Assembly: GCA_038060895.1 (NCBI GenBank) | Contig: JBBTCT010000002.1 | Span: 64,001 to 128,000 of the forward strand | Source: Planctomycetota bacterium | Lineage (GTDB): Bacteria; Planctomycetota; MHYJ01; WSZJ01 | Reading direction: 5' to 3' | Length of the DNA stretch: 64,000 nucleotides | Shown: piece by piece, positions 38,128 through 48,000 of the stretch | Position numbering within the stretch: the first letter of the stretch is position 1 | How the letters are laid out: every line of letters starts with the position of its first letter | The notes under the pieces: generated by a model | What the model saw: only the letters and a program-made list of their open reading frames with translations | What the model was told of the DNA's origin: nothing | Databases searched by the model: none | Made by a program: the position numbers and the translations under genes

Positions 38128-39992
38128 CAGCGTTCCTTCTCCACCGGGAGGATGATGACGGTCCGGTCGCTGACCACTTCCGCCGGAGCGCCGTCGACCG
38201 TCGGCGTCGGCGCAGTGCCTTTCAGGAGCGCGACGACGGCGACTTCCGTCGTGCGCATGAACTGCGGATCGAGCGAGCGAAGCAGCGTCGCCGTCGGCGA
38301 TTCGTCGGAGAGATCGGTGAACGGCGACTTCGCCCCCCTGCTGAAGGCCGGCAGTTTTCCCGCGAAGCTCTTCCCCGACGGGATCGCCCCGAGCTTGAGC
38401 ACGCGCGCCCCCGCTTCGTAGTACCACGCTTCCTCGATGTCGTACCGCGTGCCGTTGACGACCGTCAGCCCGGTTCCGATCCGCGCCGTGATGGTCCCGA
38501 TGTCGCGCCGGCCGATGACGTAGTAGTACGCGGGCTCATTCGGCTCGAAGGCGCGGCGGGTCGCGTTGCCGTCCGCGCCGCCGTACGCCATGTTGCCGCG
38601 CACCTGCACGCGCCCGCCCGTCATCTCCGTCATGCGCCCCGTTGGCGAGTCGAGCAGCGCTTCGCGCCGCTTCCCCGCCACCGCGACGATGTGCTCGCGC
38701 GCGAGCCAGCGGTCCCCCGCGTCCGGCCTGAGAATGGTGACGCGGTTGACCTGGATACGGTTGTCCCGCACGAACCATCCGCCGACCAGGATGAGTACCG
38801 TGACCGCCAGCCCTGCCGCCGGGACGGTGAGCACCGTCAGCGCCGGCGCATGCCGGCGGCGCAGGAGCCAGAAATTCGCGGGGCCGATTCCGAGGACGTA
38901 CACGAAGAGCCCCAGGAGAACACCCGCGGTCGCGGGGTAGCCGACCACGCCCTGCCCGAGCGCGACCATGAAACCGCGCCAGTACCACGTACCGTGAATG
39001 TCGGAGTACTCGGCCCAGGTGAGGGGTTTAAACGGAAGCGCGTTCAGGATGTCCTCCGCGAACCCGGTGAGTCCCCGGCGCGTCGGATCCGGTTTTGCCA
39101 GCGACGGAAGCGTCGTGTCGAACGTGACCGCCGCGACGCGCCCGCGACCGACGCTCCAGACGTTGGTGAGATTTCCGGATTGTGCAAAGAGCGGCCCGTC
39201 GCCGCCGGCCTCGAAGGACATCACGGTTTCGGGATTGTTGTTCCCGAAGTAGAGCTGGCGGAGATCGGGCTCGGCGTCGGTCACGCGCCCCATGTCCACG
39301 AGTTGCTTCACGCCCGGCGACTCGAACCACTTCCGGTCCGACCCCGGCAGGAGCAGGACTTGCCCCCCGAGGTCCACCCACGCGCAGAGCGAACGCCGCT
39401 GCTCCTCGGACCACGCCCCGAGGTCAACGCCCGCGAGCACGACCAGCCCCGCGGTCGTCCAGCCCTCGACGTGCTCGGGGAGGTGAGCTTCCTCGGCATC
39501 CCACCGCTGGTATCGCCCCGCCAGCTTCGCGAGCGTCAGCGAAGCGAACAGCACCGCCGGCTGCTCCGGCCGCGACACAACCACCAGCGTCTTCTCCGGT
39601 CCACCGAGCCAGGTCCCCGGCGATTTCTTCTGCACGATTTCACGCCCGCGCGCATCCCGGAGCCGCAACACGAGTTCCGCCCGCACGCCGGCGCCGTTGG
39701 CGAGGACGAGGAAGAAGCGCTTCTTCGAGCCCGGCGCAATGGCGACGTCGCGGCGTGCGGAGGTCCCGGTCGCGCGGAAGCCGGGCAGTTCGACCTCGAG
39801 CGTCCCCTTGAACTCGGTAGAGTCGCTGTTCTCGACCTCAGCCCACGTCTCGATCCAATGTTCGGTCGAGCGAGGGGGGAGGCAGAAGCCGCCGTCGACG
39901 GTGGGGGTGGCATGAGCTGCGGCGGTGAGCGCGAAGAGCGCCGCGGCAGCCAGACCGGGGAGACGCCGCGTGGAGCGGACGGAATTTGAAAT
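38127..39992 (-). CDS. Exported/membrane protein, paralog of 25291-27147; no canonical start for its N-terminus
   Basis: Frame open up to the upstream TAA (40001-39999); signal peptide and paralog-like motifs lie upstream of the first GTG (39686). Confidence 0.65.
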   Translation of the reverse strand: MSNSVRSTRRLPGLAAAALFALTAAAHATPTVDGGFCLPPRSTEHWIETWAEVENSDSTEFKGTLEVELPGFRATGTSARRDVAIAPGSKKRFFLVLANGAGVRAELVLRLRDARGREIVQKKSPGTWLGGPEKTLVVVSRPEQPAVLFASLTLAKLAGRYQRWDAEEAHLPEHVEGWTTAGLVVLAGVDLGAWSEEQRRSLCAWVDLGGQVLLLPGSDRKWFESPGVKQLVDMGRVTDAEPDLRQLYFGNNNPETVMSFEAGGDGPLFAQSGNLTNVWSVGRGRVAAVTFDTTLPSLAKPDPTRRGLTGFAEDILNALPFKPLTWAEYSDIHGTWYWRGFMVALGQGVVGYPATAGVLLGLFVYVLGIGPANFWLLRRRHAPALTVLTVPAAGLAVTVLILVGGWFVRDNRIQVNRVTILRPDAGDRWLAREHIVAVAGKRREALLDSPTGRMTEMTGGRVQVRGNMAYGGADGNATRRAFEPNEPAYYYVIGRRDIGTITARIGTGLTVVNGTRYDIEEAWYYEAGARVLKLGAIPSGKSFAGKLPAFSRGAKSPFTDLSDESPTATLLRSLDPQFMRTTEVAVVALLKGTAPTPTVDGAPAEVVSDRTVIILPVEKER

Positions 39993-40039
39993 GGGTGCTT
40001 ACCTAACAGCGGGGGGCCTGGGTCGGAGGGAAAACAGAG

Positions 40040-40196
40040 AACTTCAACTCACAATTTCAACTCACAATTTCCAAGCAAACGGAGAACTACAAGACGACAA
40101 CTTCAAGTTCCTGCGTCGAATGGCTGTTCTTGAAGTTGGCTTCTTGTAGTTCTCCGTTTGCTTGGAAATTGTGAGTTGAAGTTGTGAGTTGAAGTT
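40040..40196. repeat. Long inverted repeat, 55-bp arms (54/55)
   Basis: 40040-40094 pairs with 40142-40196; inner 10-bp stem 40098-40107/40129-40138; periodic AACTTC/AACTCAC units. Confidence 0.92.
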
Positions 40197-40232
40197 GTCC
40201 GTCCCCGGAGGCCACCCCATCCGCGGTCGCAG

Positions 40233-42041
40233 CTACTTCAGCGAGTCAAAGTAGTCTTTGACCGCCCGCCGGTACTCCTCAGGGTACGCCTCGTCATCCA
40301 TCGCTTTTTCCATGTCCGCTCGATACTTCAGCAGCACCTTCTCGAACGGCACGCTGGCCGTTCCCTCTTCGGCGTCCGCATACCCGCCGTCGCCGACGAC
40401 TTCGCCGGGGTCGCCCGCCCCCGAGGGGACTTCCACCTGCTCGTCGTGGAACTCGACCGGCTTGCGCGCGCGCTCTTTTCCCATCACCTTGTTCTTGTGC
40501 CCGCCGCCGGGACCAGGGCCGCCTTCGCCGTCCTCGACCCACTCCTCGTCGTCGCCGCCGTCGTCACCTTTGCCACCTGCCAGCTTGTTCTGCGCCTTGC
40601 GCGAAGCGCGTCCCGCCCGGCCGAGCGCCAGTTCCCCTTTCGATCCGAGGCCGCGAATCCAGCGGCCCATTCCGCCTCCACCCTTTCAGGAACCGCCGGG
40701 ACAGTTCTTCTGCAGCTCCTCGGCGAGCTTCTTCAGGTCCTCTTCCGACATGTTCTTGAGCATTTCGGCGAGCTTCTTCAGCTCCTCCGTATCCATCTCC
40801 TTGATCTTCTCGATGAGCTCTCTCAGTTTCTCGTCGTCCATCGCGTTCTCGTCGCCGCCCTGGCCGAGCTTTCTCGAAAGCCGCGCCAGCCGGTCCAGCG
40901 CTTCCTGCACGTCTTTGTCGTCCCAGCCCTTCGCCTTCAGCAGCTTTTCAAGCTCCTTGAGCAGCTTCTCGTCCATCTTGCCCGCGTTCTTCTTCCGGTC
41001 CTCCGCGTCCCTCTTCGCCTGCTCCGCGCCGTTCTTCGAGAGCCCGTTCCAGCGCTCCCGCGCTTTCTTCATCGCTTCTTCGAACGCCTTCTTGTCCCCC
41101 CGCCGCGCCGCCTCCGCCGCTTTCTTCAGCGCCTCCGCGAGTTCCTTGTCCTTCCCCGCCGCCTTTGCCGCCCGCTCCAGCGCTTCCGCGAGCTTCATGT
41201 CGTCCGCCGGATTCTGCCCCAGTTTCGCCGCCGCATCCGCCGCCGCCTGCGCGCCGTTCCCCTGCGACGTCCGGTGCCCGAGATCGTGCGACCCGGAATT
41301 CTCCGCCATCAGCGCCAGCGCATCCTTCCGCGCCGCCGCCTTCTCCTTCTCCTCGCGGATCTTCTCGCCCACCTCGCCGATCCGCGCCAGCGCTTCCTTC
41401 CGGTCGATCTTCCCTTCGCGCCACGCCTCGTCGATCCGCTCCAGTTCCTTCCCCAGCTCCGCCAGCCGCGGATCCCCGTCCTCCGCCCCCGCCTGCCTCA
41501 ATTCCTCCGCAGCCGCCAGCATCTCCGGCGGCGCTTCCAGCCCTTTCAGGTCGCTGGGCAGCCCGGCGATGGCCGGAAGCGACCGCTCCGGCACGAGGAA
41601 GAGCAGCGCGGCGATCACCGCGGCTGTCACGAGGGACCAGCGCGACAGCCTCGGGAAGCGCGTCGCGAACATCTTGCGTTCATCCGGCAGCGGCCTCGAA
41701 GCGGCATCACGCTCGACCAGCGCGGCCCACTCCGTGCCCTCCAGTTCCAGCGCCGTCGAGAAGCGGTCGTCGCTTCCGGTCGCGCGGTCCGCCGCGCGCG
41801 CGACATCCGCCAGAGGGATCTTGCTCATCAGCCTCACCGCAAACGCGATCGCCGGCACCGCGACAAACGCCCCGGCCGCGATCCACATCGGCTGCGGCCA
41901 GTGCCAGAGCTTCGCGCCCCCGACATACCCCGCCGCAATCGCCGCCCCGCCGAACGACCCGAAGACCGCCGCGCGCACCGCAGCCTGCATGCGCAGGCGC
42001 TTTTCCCAGGCATTCAACCGGTCGCGGAGGATGGCGTTCAT
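40233..42041 (-). CDS. Membrane-anchored coiled-coil protein with in-frame TGA at 40686-40688 (candidate selenoprotein/readthrough; alternatively two genes)
   Basis: ORFs 40686-42041 and 40233-40670 share a frame; C-terminal PEEYRRAVKDYF typical of such proteins in VWA/DUF58 clusters. Confidence 0.6.
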
Positions 42042-42189
42042 GGGGCTCCCCATTATAGGTACGCCGGCACGGACTTCGTTCGGCCTATCTTTAGACGCAC
42101 GGGACGCCCCAAGGCTCACATTATTCGCCAAAAATACGGATTGAAGGCCCCCCACGTTTTCGGTACAAACCCGTCTGTCGTTGCCGTAC

Positions 42190-42340
42190 CTCAATCTAGA
42201 GGGGTGGTTCTCGAAAGGGTTCGCCGGGCCGGAGCCCTTCGACTCGCGTCACCAGCTCACGCAAAGATCGAACGCGTGTGTCGCGAGTCGAAGGGCGGAG
42301 ATCCGGCGAAACCTTTCGAGAACCACCCCTCTAGATTGAG
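42190..42340. repeat. Nested inverted repeat (38-bp outer arms 37/38, 15-bp inner stem), MITE-like
   Basis: 42190-42227 vs 42303-42340; 42234-42248 vs 42282-42296. Confidence 0.9.
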
Positions 42341-42412
42341 CCCCCATCGTCTAGCGGCCTAGGATACGAGATTCTCAGTCTTGGGACCGGGGTTCAAATC
42401 CCCGTGGGGGTA
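42340..42412 (+). tRNA. tRNA-Glu(CTC), CCA not encoded
   Basis: Acceptor GCCCCCA/TGGGGGT; anticodon loop TTCTCAG; GTTCAAATC T-loop. Confidence 0.95.
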
Positions 42413-42414
42413 TG

Positions 42415-42449
42415 AAAAGGCGCGCCCAAACCAGGGCGCGTTTTTTTTT
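42415..42449 (+). terminator. Intrinsic terminator, probably bidirectional
   Basis: AAAA-GG-CGCGCCC loop GGGCGCG-T9. Confidence 0.85.
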
Positions 42450-42460
42450 GCCCCTGGCCC

Positions 42461-42880
42461 TCACTCCACCCGAAGCGGCTGCTTGCCAAACTTCGCCCGG
42501 ATTCCGTTCAGCGCCCGGTTGACCGCGGCCCTCCTCACAATCCACCGCTCCAGCGCGCGCACGCCCGGGATGTCCGTGAGCATGAGGCCCACGAGGATCG
42601 TGAGCACGCCCTGTCCCGGGATTCCCGGGAGCGACAGGACGATCCCGACGAGGACCAGAACGACGCCCGCTACGTTTTTCAGGATCATGACGAGGACGTG
42701 CTTCCACGTCGGCCCCGGCGGCTTGCGCCCGCGCACGAAATAGTCGGCCGGCATCCGGACGATCAGGAACGTCACGAGCGCGAGGCTGACGACGAGCGTC
42801 GCCACGAAGATGAGCACGAACGTCCAGATGCCGGCGTTGGAGAGGCCGAGGCGCTGAGGAAGTTCGCGGAGAAAGTTCAT
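42461..42880 (-). CDS. PGPGW-like transmembrane protein
   Basis: LPGIPGQG motif between TM helices. Confidence 0.7.
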   Translation of the reverse strand: MNFLRELPQRLGLSNAGIWTFVLIFVATLVVSLALVTFLIVRMPADYFVRGRKPPGPTWKHVLVMILKNVAGVVLVLVGIVLSLPGIPGQGVLTILVGLMLTDIPGVRALERWIVRRAAVNRALNGIRAKFGKQPLRVE

Positions 42881-42895
42881 CGCGGTCGGCCGTGC

Positions 42896-43228
42896 CTAAC
42901 CCACGAGCTCAAAGAGTCCATCGACGATCTGGTCCACCGCCGCCTCTTCGACTCTTCCTGCTTTTCGCTTCAGGCGATCGCTGTCCATGGTCCGAACCTG
43001 CCCGATCTTGACCCACGAAGGCTTGGGAAGAGTCCGCTCCGGGAGTGCAGCGACGAGTGGGAACCCCGCCTTCGGAGGCTGACTGGTGACCGCGAGGGCG
43101 ATGACGGTGCCACCGGCGTTGAAGGTCTCGTGGCTGATGACAAGCACGGGCCGGTCGCCGGCCTGTTCATGTCCCCGAACCTGTCCGATTTCGGCCCACC
43201 ACAGATCCCCTCTCAATACTCGGGCCAC
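42896..43228 (-). CDS. mazF: PemK/MazF family toxin
   Basis: RGDLWW..GHEQAGDRPVLVIS..QVRT. Confidence 0.9.
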   Translation of the reverse strand: MARVLRGDLWWAEIGQVRGHEQAGDRPVLVISHETFNAGGTVIALAVTSQPPKAGFPLVAALPERTLPKPSWVKIGQVRTMDSDRLKRKAGRVEEAAVDQIVDGLFELVG

Positions 43229-43452
43229 GTTGTCTCTCCCTTGAGCCGCTCATTGGCGAGTGCCTTCTCTCCGCGGCGGCTCAGTTTGGCTATCTCTCGC
43301 GCGAGCCGTGTGCGCTTGCGCCGCTCGACCGTCTCGCGGACAGCCTCTTGGATGGCGCGGCTCCGGCTCGGAAATCTGCCCTCGGAGACCCAGCGATCGA
43401 GGAGATCGAGGAGGGTGCGGTCGAGGGTGATGGCGATCTTTGCCGCGGGCAT
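43213..43452 (-). CDS. Ribbon-helix-helix (CopG) antitoxin
   Basis: KIAITLD..FPSRSRAIQEAV; overlaps toxin start. Confidence 0.85.
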   Translation of the reverse strand: MPAAKIAITLDRTLLDLLDRWVSEGRFPSRSRAIQEAVRETVERRKRTRLAREIAKLSRRGEKALANERLKGETTWPEY

Positions 43453-43512
43453 CGGGTCGTTCCCTGATGGGTATGACAGATTATCATACCACGATGGATC
43501 GAGCAGACCAAC

Positions 43513-44988
43513 CTATCGAGCCGCCTTCCTCGCCAGCTCCGCAACGGCTGCCCGCTCGACGGTGGAGAGCCAGGCCCCTTCCTCCCGCTCCAGGGCGGAA
43601 AAGTCGGTCAGCAGGCTCGGCGCGGCCTGCAGCGCCTTTCGCCACCACGCGAGGGCTTCTTCCTCGTGACCGAGGCGGAGTTCGCAAAGTGCCATGCCAA
43701 GCCAGACATGCTTGCGCAGCACCGTGCTCTTGCTTTCCTGAAGCAACTTGAGGACTCCGAAGGACTCTTCGAATCGAGTCAGGTCCCACAGGAGATAGGC
43801 GAAGTTGAGCCGCGCTTCCTCGGAAAGTGAAGCGGTGTCTCGGTTTCTGAAGGCGCGTCGGAAGTCCGCTTCAGCCTCCGCAAGCTGTCCCATCTGATGG
43901 AGCAGGAAGGCTCGATCCGTGAGGATGAGCTCGGCCGAGGGCGTCGTGCTCGAAACGGCCCGAGAGAGAGTTGCGGAGAAATCCAGGAGGGCTTCTTCCA
44001 ATCGCTTCAGTTTCCAGAGCGCGCGCCCGCGGCAGAATCGCGCCGTGAAGTGATCAGGATCAAGGGCGAGCGAAGCGTTGAAATCTGCGAGCGCGTTGTC
44101 GTCGTGGTTGAGAGCAAAGGATGCCAGCCCGCGATCTACGATGGCCGTCGCGTCGAGGGGTCTCAACCTGCAGGCGGTTTCGAAATCCGCGCGGGCGAGG
44201 TCCCAGTGACCTTGCGCCATCGAGGCCCGCCCCCGTTTGCCAAGGGCGTGGCCGGTGACGTGGCGGAGAAGGAAGGGTTCGAACTCAATCCGCGCTGCCT
44301 CGGCGGCGTCGAGGATGCGCGAGAGTTGCTCGATGGCCTCCTGGTACTTTCCCGCGAAGAAACTCCGGTCGGCAGCGGCCATCGACCCCGGGAGCGGCTC
44401 AAGTTGGCGGCGCCGGCGGACCTCATCATGCTTCTCTCGCATATCACCCAAGGGGTCGAAGTAACGGTTGGGGTCTTCACGAACCTCTGAGAGCCGCGCG
44501 ATCGTTCGGCCGAACGCATCGCCGGAGCTGACGGAGATCCAGCCCGGATCGAGGTGAATCGCGGGGTCGTTCACCTCGACGCCGTCCTCGCCCCACTGTC
44601 CGCTCAGCACCAGCACGAGGTAGAGCTTCTTCATCGCGAGCCGTCGAATTGCGTCGCGTGCGGCGTCGGGCCCACGGTGCTCCCTGACGCCAGGCATGAT
44701 CAACAAGTCCGCATCGCACGCCGCCGCGCGAAAGGCTGTTTCCGCCGAGAAGAGATCCCCCACCTCAAGGTAAGCGTCACCGAGCGCCATCTGGATCGAA
44801 ATCGACCGGGGATCCATCCCGGCGGCCATCTGCAACAGCTCCAGGCCGAGTGCGGGCTGGCCGCACTTCACGAGGTCGCTTCCGCGCATCGCGAAGTCCT
44901 CTGCGTCTGTGGCTGGCGGAACCTTGGTTGCCCGCCCCGAGCAACCGACAGCCGACAGGAACACAATGGAAAAAAGGATAGGCCTCAT
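43513..44988 (-). CDS. TPR-repeat lipoprotein
   Basis: Lipobox SAVGC; repeated RG..A..DF..A..L.P. Confidence 0.85.
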   Translation of the reverse strand: MRPILFSIVFLSAVGCSGRATKVPPATDAEDFAMRGSDLVKCGQPALGLELLQMAAGMDPRSISIQMALGDAYLEVGDLFSAETAFRAAACDADLLIMPGVREHRGPDAARDAIRRLAMKKLYLVLVLSGQWGEDGVEVNDPAIHLDPGWISVSSGDAFGRTIARLSEVREDPNRYFDPLGDMREKHDEVRRRRQLEPLPGSMAAADRSFFAGKYQEAIEQLSRILDAAEAARIEFEPFLLRHVTGHALGKRGRASMAQGHWDLARADFETACRLRPLDATAIVDRGLASFALNHDDNALADFNASLALDPDHFTARFCRGRALWKLKRLEEALLDFSATLSRAVSSTTPSAELILTDRAFLLHQMGQLAEAEADFRRAFRNRDTASLSEEARLNFAYLLWDLTRFEESFGVLKLLQESKSTVLRKHVWLGMALCELRLGHEEEALAWWRKALQAAPSLLTDFSALEREEGAWLSTVERAAVAELARKAAR

Positions 44989-45075
44989 CCGGGGAACGAT
45001 ATCAATTCTCTACCCGCGGCAAGGCCCGCAGTTTTTTGGCGGCTCCCCTGCTTCCGCGCCGCTACATTCCCTTTC

Positions 45076-48000
45076 ATGCTCTCCGTCCGCACAGGCTCCT
45101 ATCGCTCCCTCGAGGAAGAACTCGTCGGGCGGTTGCGCCTTCGACCGCCGCTCGAGCCGGCGTGGGTCGTGGTGCCGTCGCGGCACGTGCGCGGGCGGTT
45201 GCAGCGGGCGATGGCGGCTTCGGGCGGGCTCGCGAACGTCTTCCTGCCGGATTTCCATGCGCTGGCGCGGATGATTGTCGAGGAAGCCGGGATCGACATC
45301 CCGCCGCTGGTGGAGGACGTGGGGGAAGAGGAAATCTTTCGCGCGTTCCTGCGCGAGCCGGGGGCGTCCGAGCGGTATCGCGTGCTGGCGGACCGGCCGG
45401 GGGCGGGAGCGCTTCTCAGAACGGTCGCCGACCTCCGCGCGGCCGTGATCGCGCCGCCGCTTCTGCGCGAGGTTAAGGAGGAACTTCCCGAGGACGCGCA
45501 GCGGCTTGCGGAGCTGGCGGGGCTGCTGGAGGCCTACGGGAACTTCCTGAAAAAGCTCGGATACATGACGCGCTCGGACGTCGCGCGCGTGGCGGCGGTG
45601 GAAGCGGAGAAGTCGCGGCTCGTGAAAGAGGCCGCGGCGTGGAACGTGTACGGCTTCTACGAGTTCCTCGGCGAGCAGAAGGACCTGCTGGACGCGCTTT
45701 CGCGCGAGACCGACGCGACGGTGTTCATCCCGTACCGCGAAGGCCCGGCGTACGCCCTGTCGGAGCGCACGCTCAACGAGGACTTCGGCGCGGCGCGCGC
45801 CCGGCAGGGCGGGTTCATCGCGCCGGCCGAGGGCGGAGTGGCCATGGAAGCGCTGAGGACGAGGGCGCCGAAGCCGAAGATCCTGAAAGGCGACGGCGCG
45901 CCGAGGACGGGGATTTTCCGCGCGACGGCGTTCACGCAGAGGCTGTTCGACCCGGGCGAAGCGCCGATCAAGTCGGGCACGGCGATCCCCGCGGTGACGT
46001 GCGGGGGGATGGCGGACGAGGTCTGGTACGCCGTGAAGGAAGCGCGCCGCGTGCACGAGTCCGAGGGCGTCGCCTGGCGCGACATTGCGATCGTCGCGCG
46101 CACCCTCGACCGCCGGCTGCACCTGGCCGCGCGTTACTTCCGCGAAGAGGGCGTGCCGTGGTGGACTCCCGCTTCCCAGCCGCTGGCCGAACGGCCGCTC
46201 GCGCAGGCGGCGTCGCTGGCGGCGCGGCTCCTGCTCGACGAGGCCTATCATCTCGACGTGCTCGAGTGGTTCTCGTCGCCGCTGGTGAAAGAAGAAGCGC
46301 GGGCAGACCGGTGGGGGGAGATCGCGCGAGCGCTGGGGATCGTTTCGGCGGACGACTGGAAGCGGCTGTCGGCGGCGCGCGGGGCGGATCTGGCGGACGT
46401 GGACGGCAACGTGGTCGCCGCGGCGGAAGCGGTGGATGCGTTCGCGGGCGCCGTTGACGCACTGCGTCAATCGCTGCCCGGGGCGGAAGGAAAGCGCGGC
46501 TGGGCCACGCTCGCGGCGGCATGGGAACGCTTCCTCGGCGACCGGCTCGACGCGAAGAAGGACGAGGCCGCGTGGAAGTCGCTCCAGGACATCCTTCACT
46601 CGCTGGCCGCGCTCGAGAACGCAGGCGCGCCGCCCGACGGGCGCTCGTTCGCGGCGGCGTTCGCGCGCGGGATCGCCGCGGAAAAGATCCCGGTCCACCC
46701 GATCCCCGCCGACGGCGTCGCTTTCCTCGACGCCATGCAGCTGCGCGGCCAGCGCTTCCGCGTCGCCGTCCTCCTCGGCCTCAACGAGCGCGACTGGCCC
46801 GCGGTGCCGCGCGAAGACCCGTACCTGCCGGATGCTTCGCGCCGCAGGATCGCCGGTGCGACCGGATGCCGGCTGCGCGAGCGGATGGAGCGGACGTCGG
46901 AAGAGCGGATGCTGTTTGCGTTCGCGCTCGACTGCTGCGACCGGGCGGTGCTGGTGTCGCGGCGGGTGGACGACGAAGGGCGCAAGGAAGCGCCGTCTGC
47001 GTACCTGGACGAGATCCGGCGGGTCGTGCACGTCGAGGACAAAGCGGGCGTGCCGCGGCTGGCGACGAGGAAGTTCGAGCGGAAGCTCGGCTGGCTGACG
47101 TGGACCGAGCAGCGGCTGCGCGCGATCCTGACCGGCGGCGTCGACGCGGACCCGGCGGTGCTGAAAGCCAAGGCCCTCGAGGACTGCGGCGGCTGGAACG
47201 CGTTCGACCAGCTCTCCGCGCCGCCGCAGGCGCACATCGACAGAGTCGCCGAGCGCGGACTCTCGCCGACCGCGCTTCAGAACCTCGCGACCTGCCCCTT
47301 CCAGTACTGGGCGCGCAACGTGACGAAACTGGAGGTGCTCGACCCGCGCGAGGCCGAAGAAGACGTCACCGCGCGCGAGGTCGGCTCGGTGCTGCACGAA
47401 GCGCTCGCGGACCGGAGCGGCGCGGACCCGGTGGAGCTCGCCCGCGAGATTTTCCGGCGGCGCGCGCAGAAACGTCCGCCGCTGCGGTACGCGGTCTGGG
47501 AAGCGGCGCGCGATGCGGGTCTCAAGGCGCTGGCGGCGCTGGTCGCGCAGGACCGCGCGGAGCTGCAGTCCGGCGGATGGACGGTCGCGCACGCCGAATT
47601 GGCTCTGCCGCTTCTCGCCGGGCCGAAGCCGCTTCCCGGCCTGCACGGCCGCGTGGACCGCGTGGAGACGCGGGAGACGAAAGGCGGGCTGGAGTTCCGG
47701 GTGACGGACTTCAAGTACAAGCTGTCGAAGAGGCCGCCGGTCGAGGGGAAGGACGAAAAGGTCGAGGAGAAGACGCTCGACGACGTGCTGCGCGGGAAGC
47801 AGGTGCAGCTCGCCGCGTACGCGCGGCTCGTGGCCGCGCACCTCGGGCCGAAGGCAACGTTCGCGGGGGCGCACTTCTATTTCTTCGGACCGCGCTTTGA
47901 GCCCGCGCGGCGCGGGCTGCTCGCGCGCAACGGCGAGGAGGAGCTGTCCTCGCTCGCGCCGCGCGCCTGGGAAATGGCCGCGCAGGGCCGCTTCGTCGTC

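Noticed and set aside
9085-42412. Integrated island or prophage bounded by the two tRNAs
   Set aside because: No integrase, no tRNA 3' duplication, no phage genes; content is chromosomal
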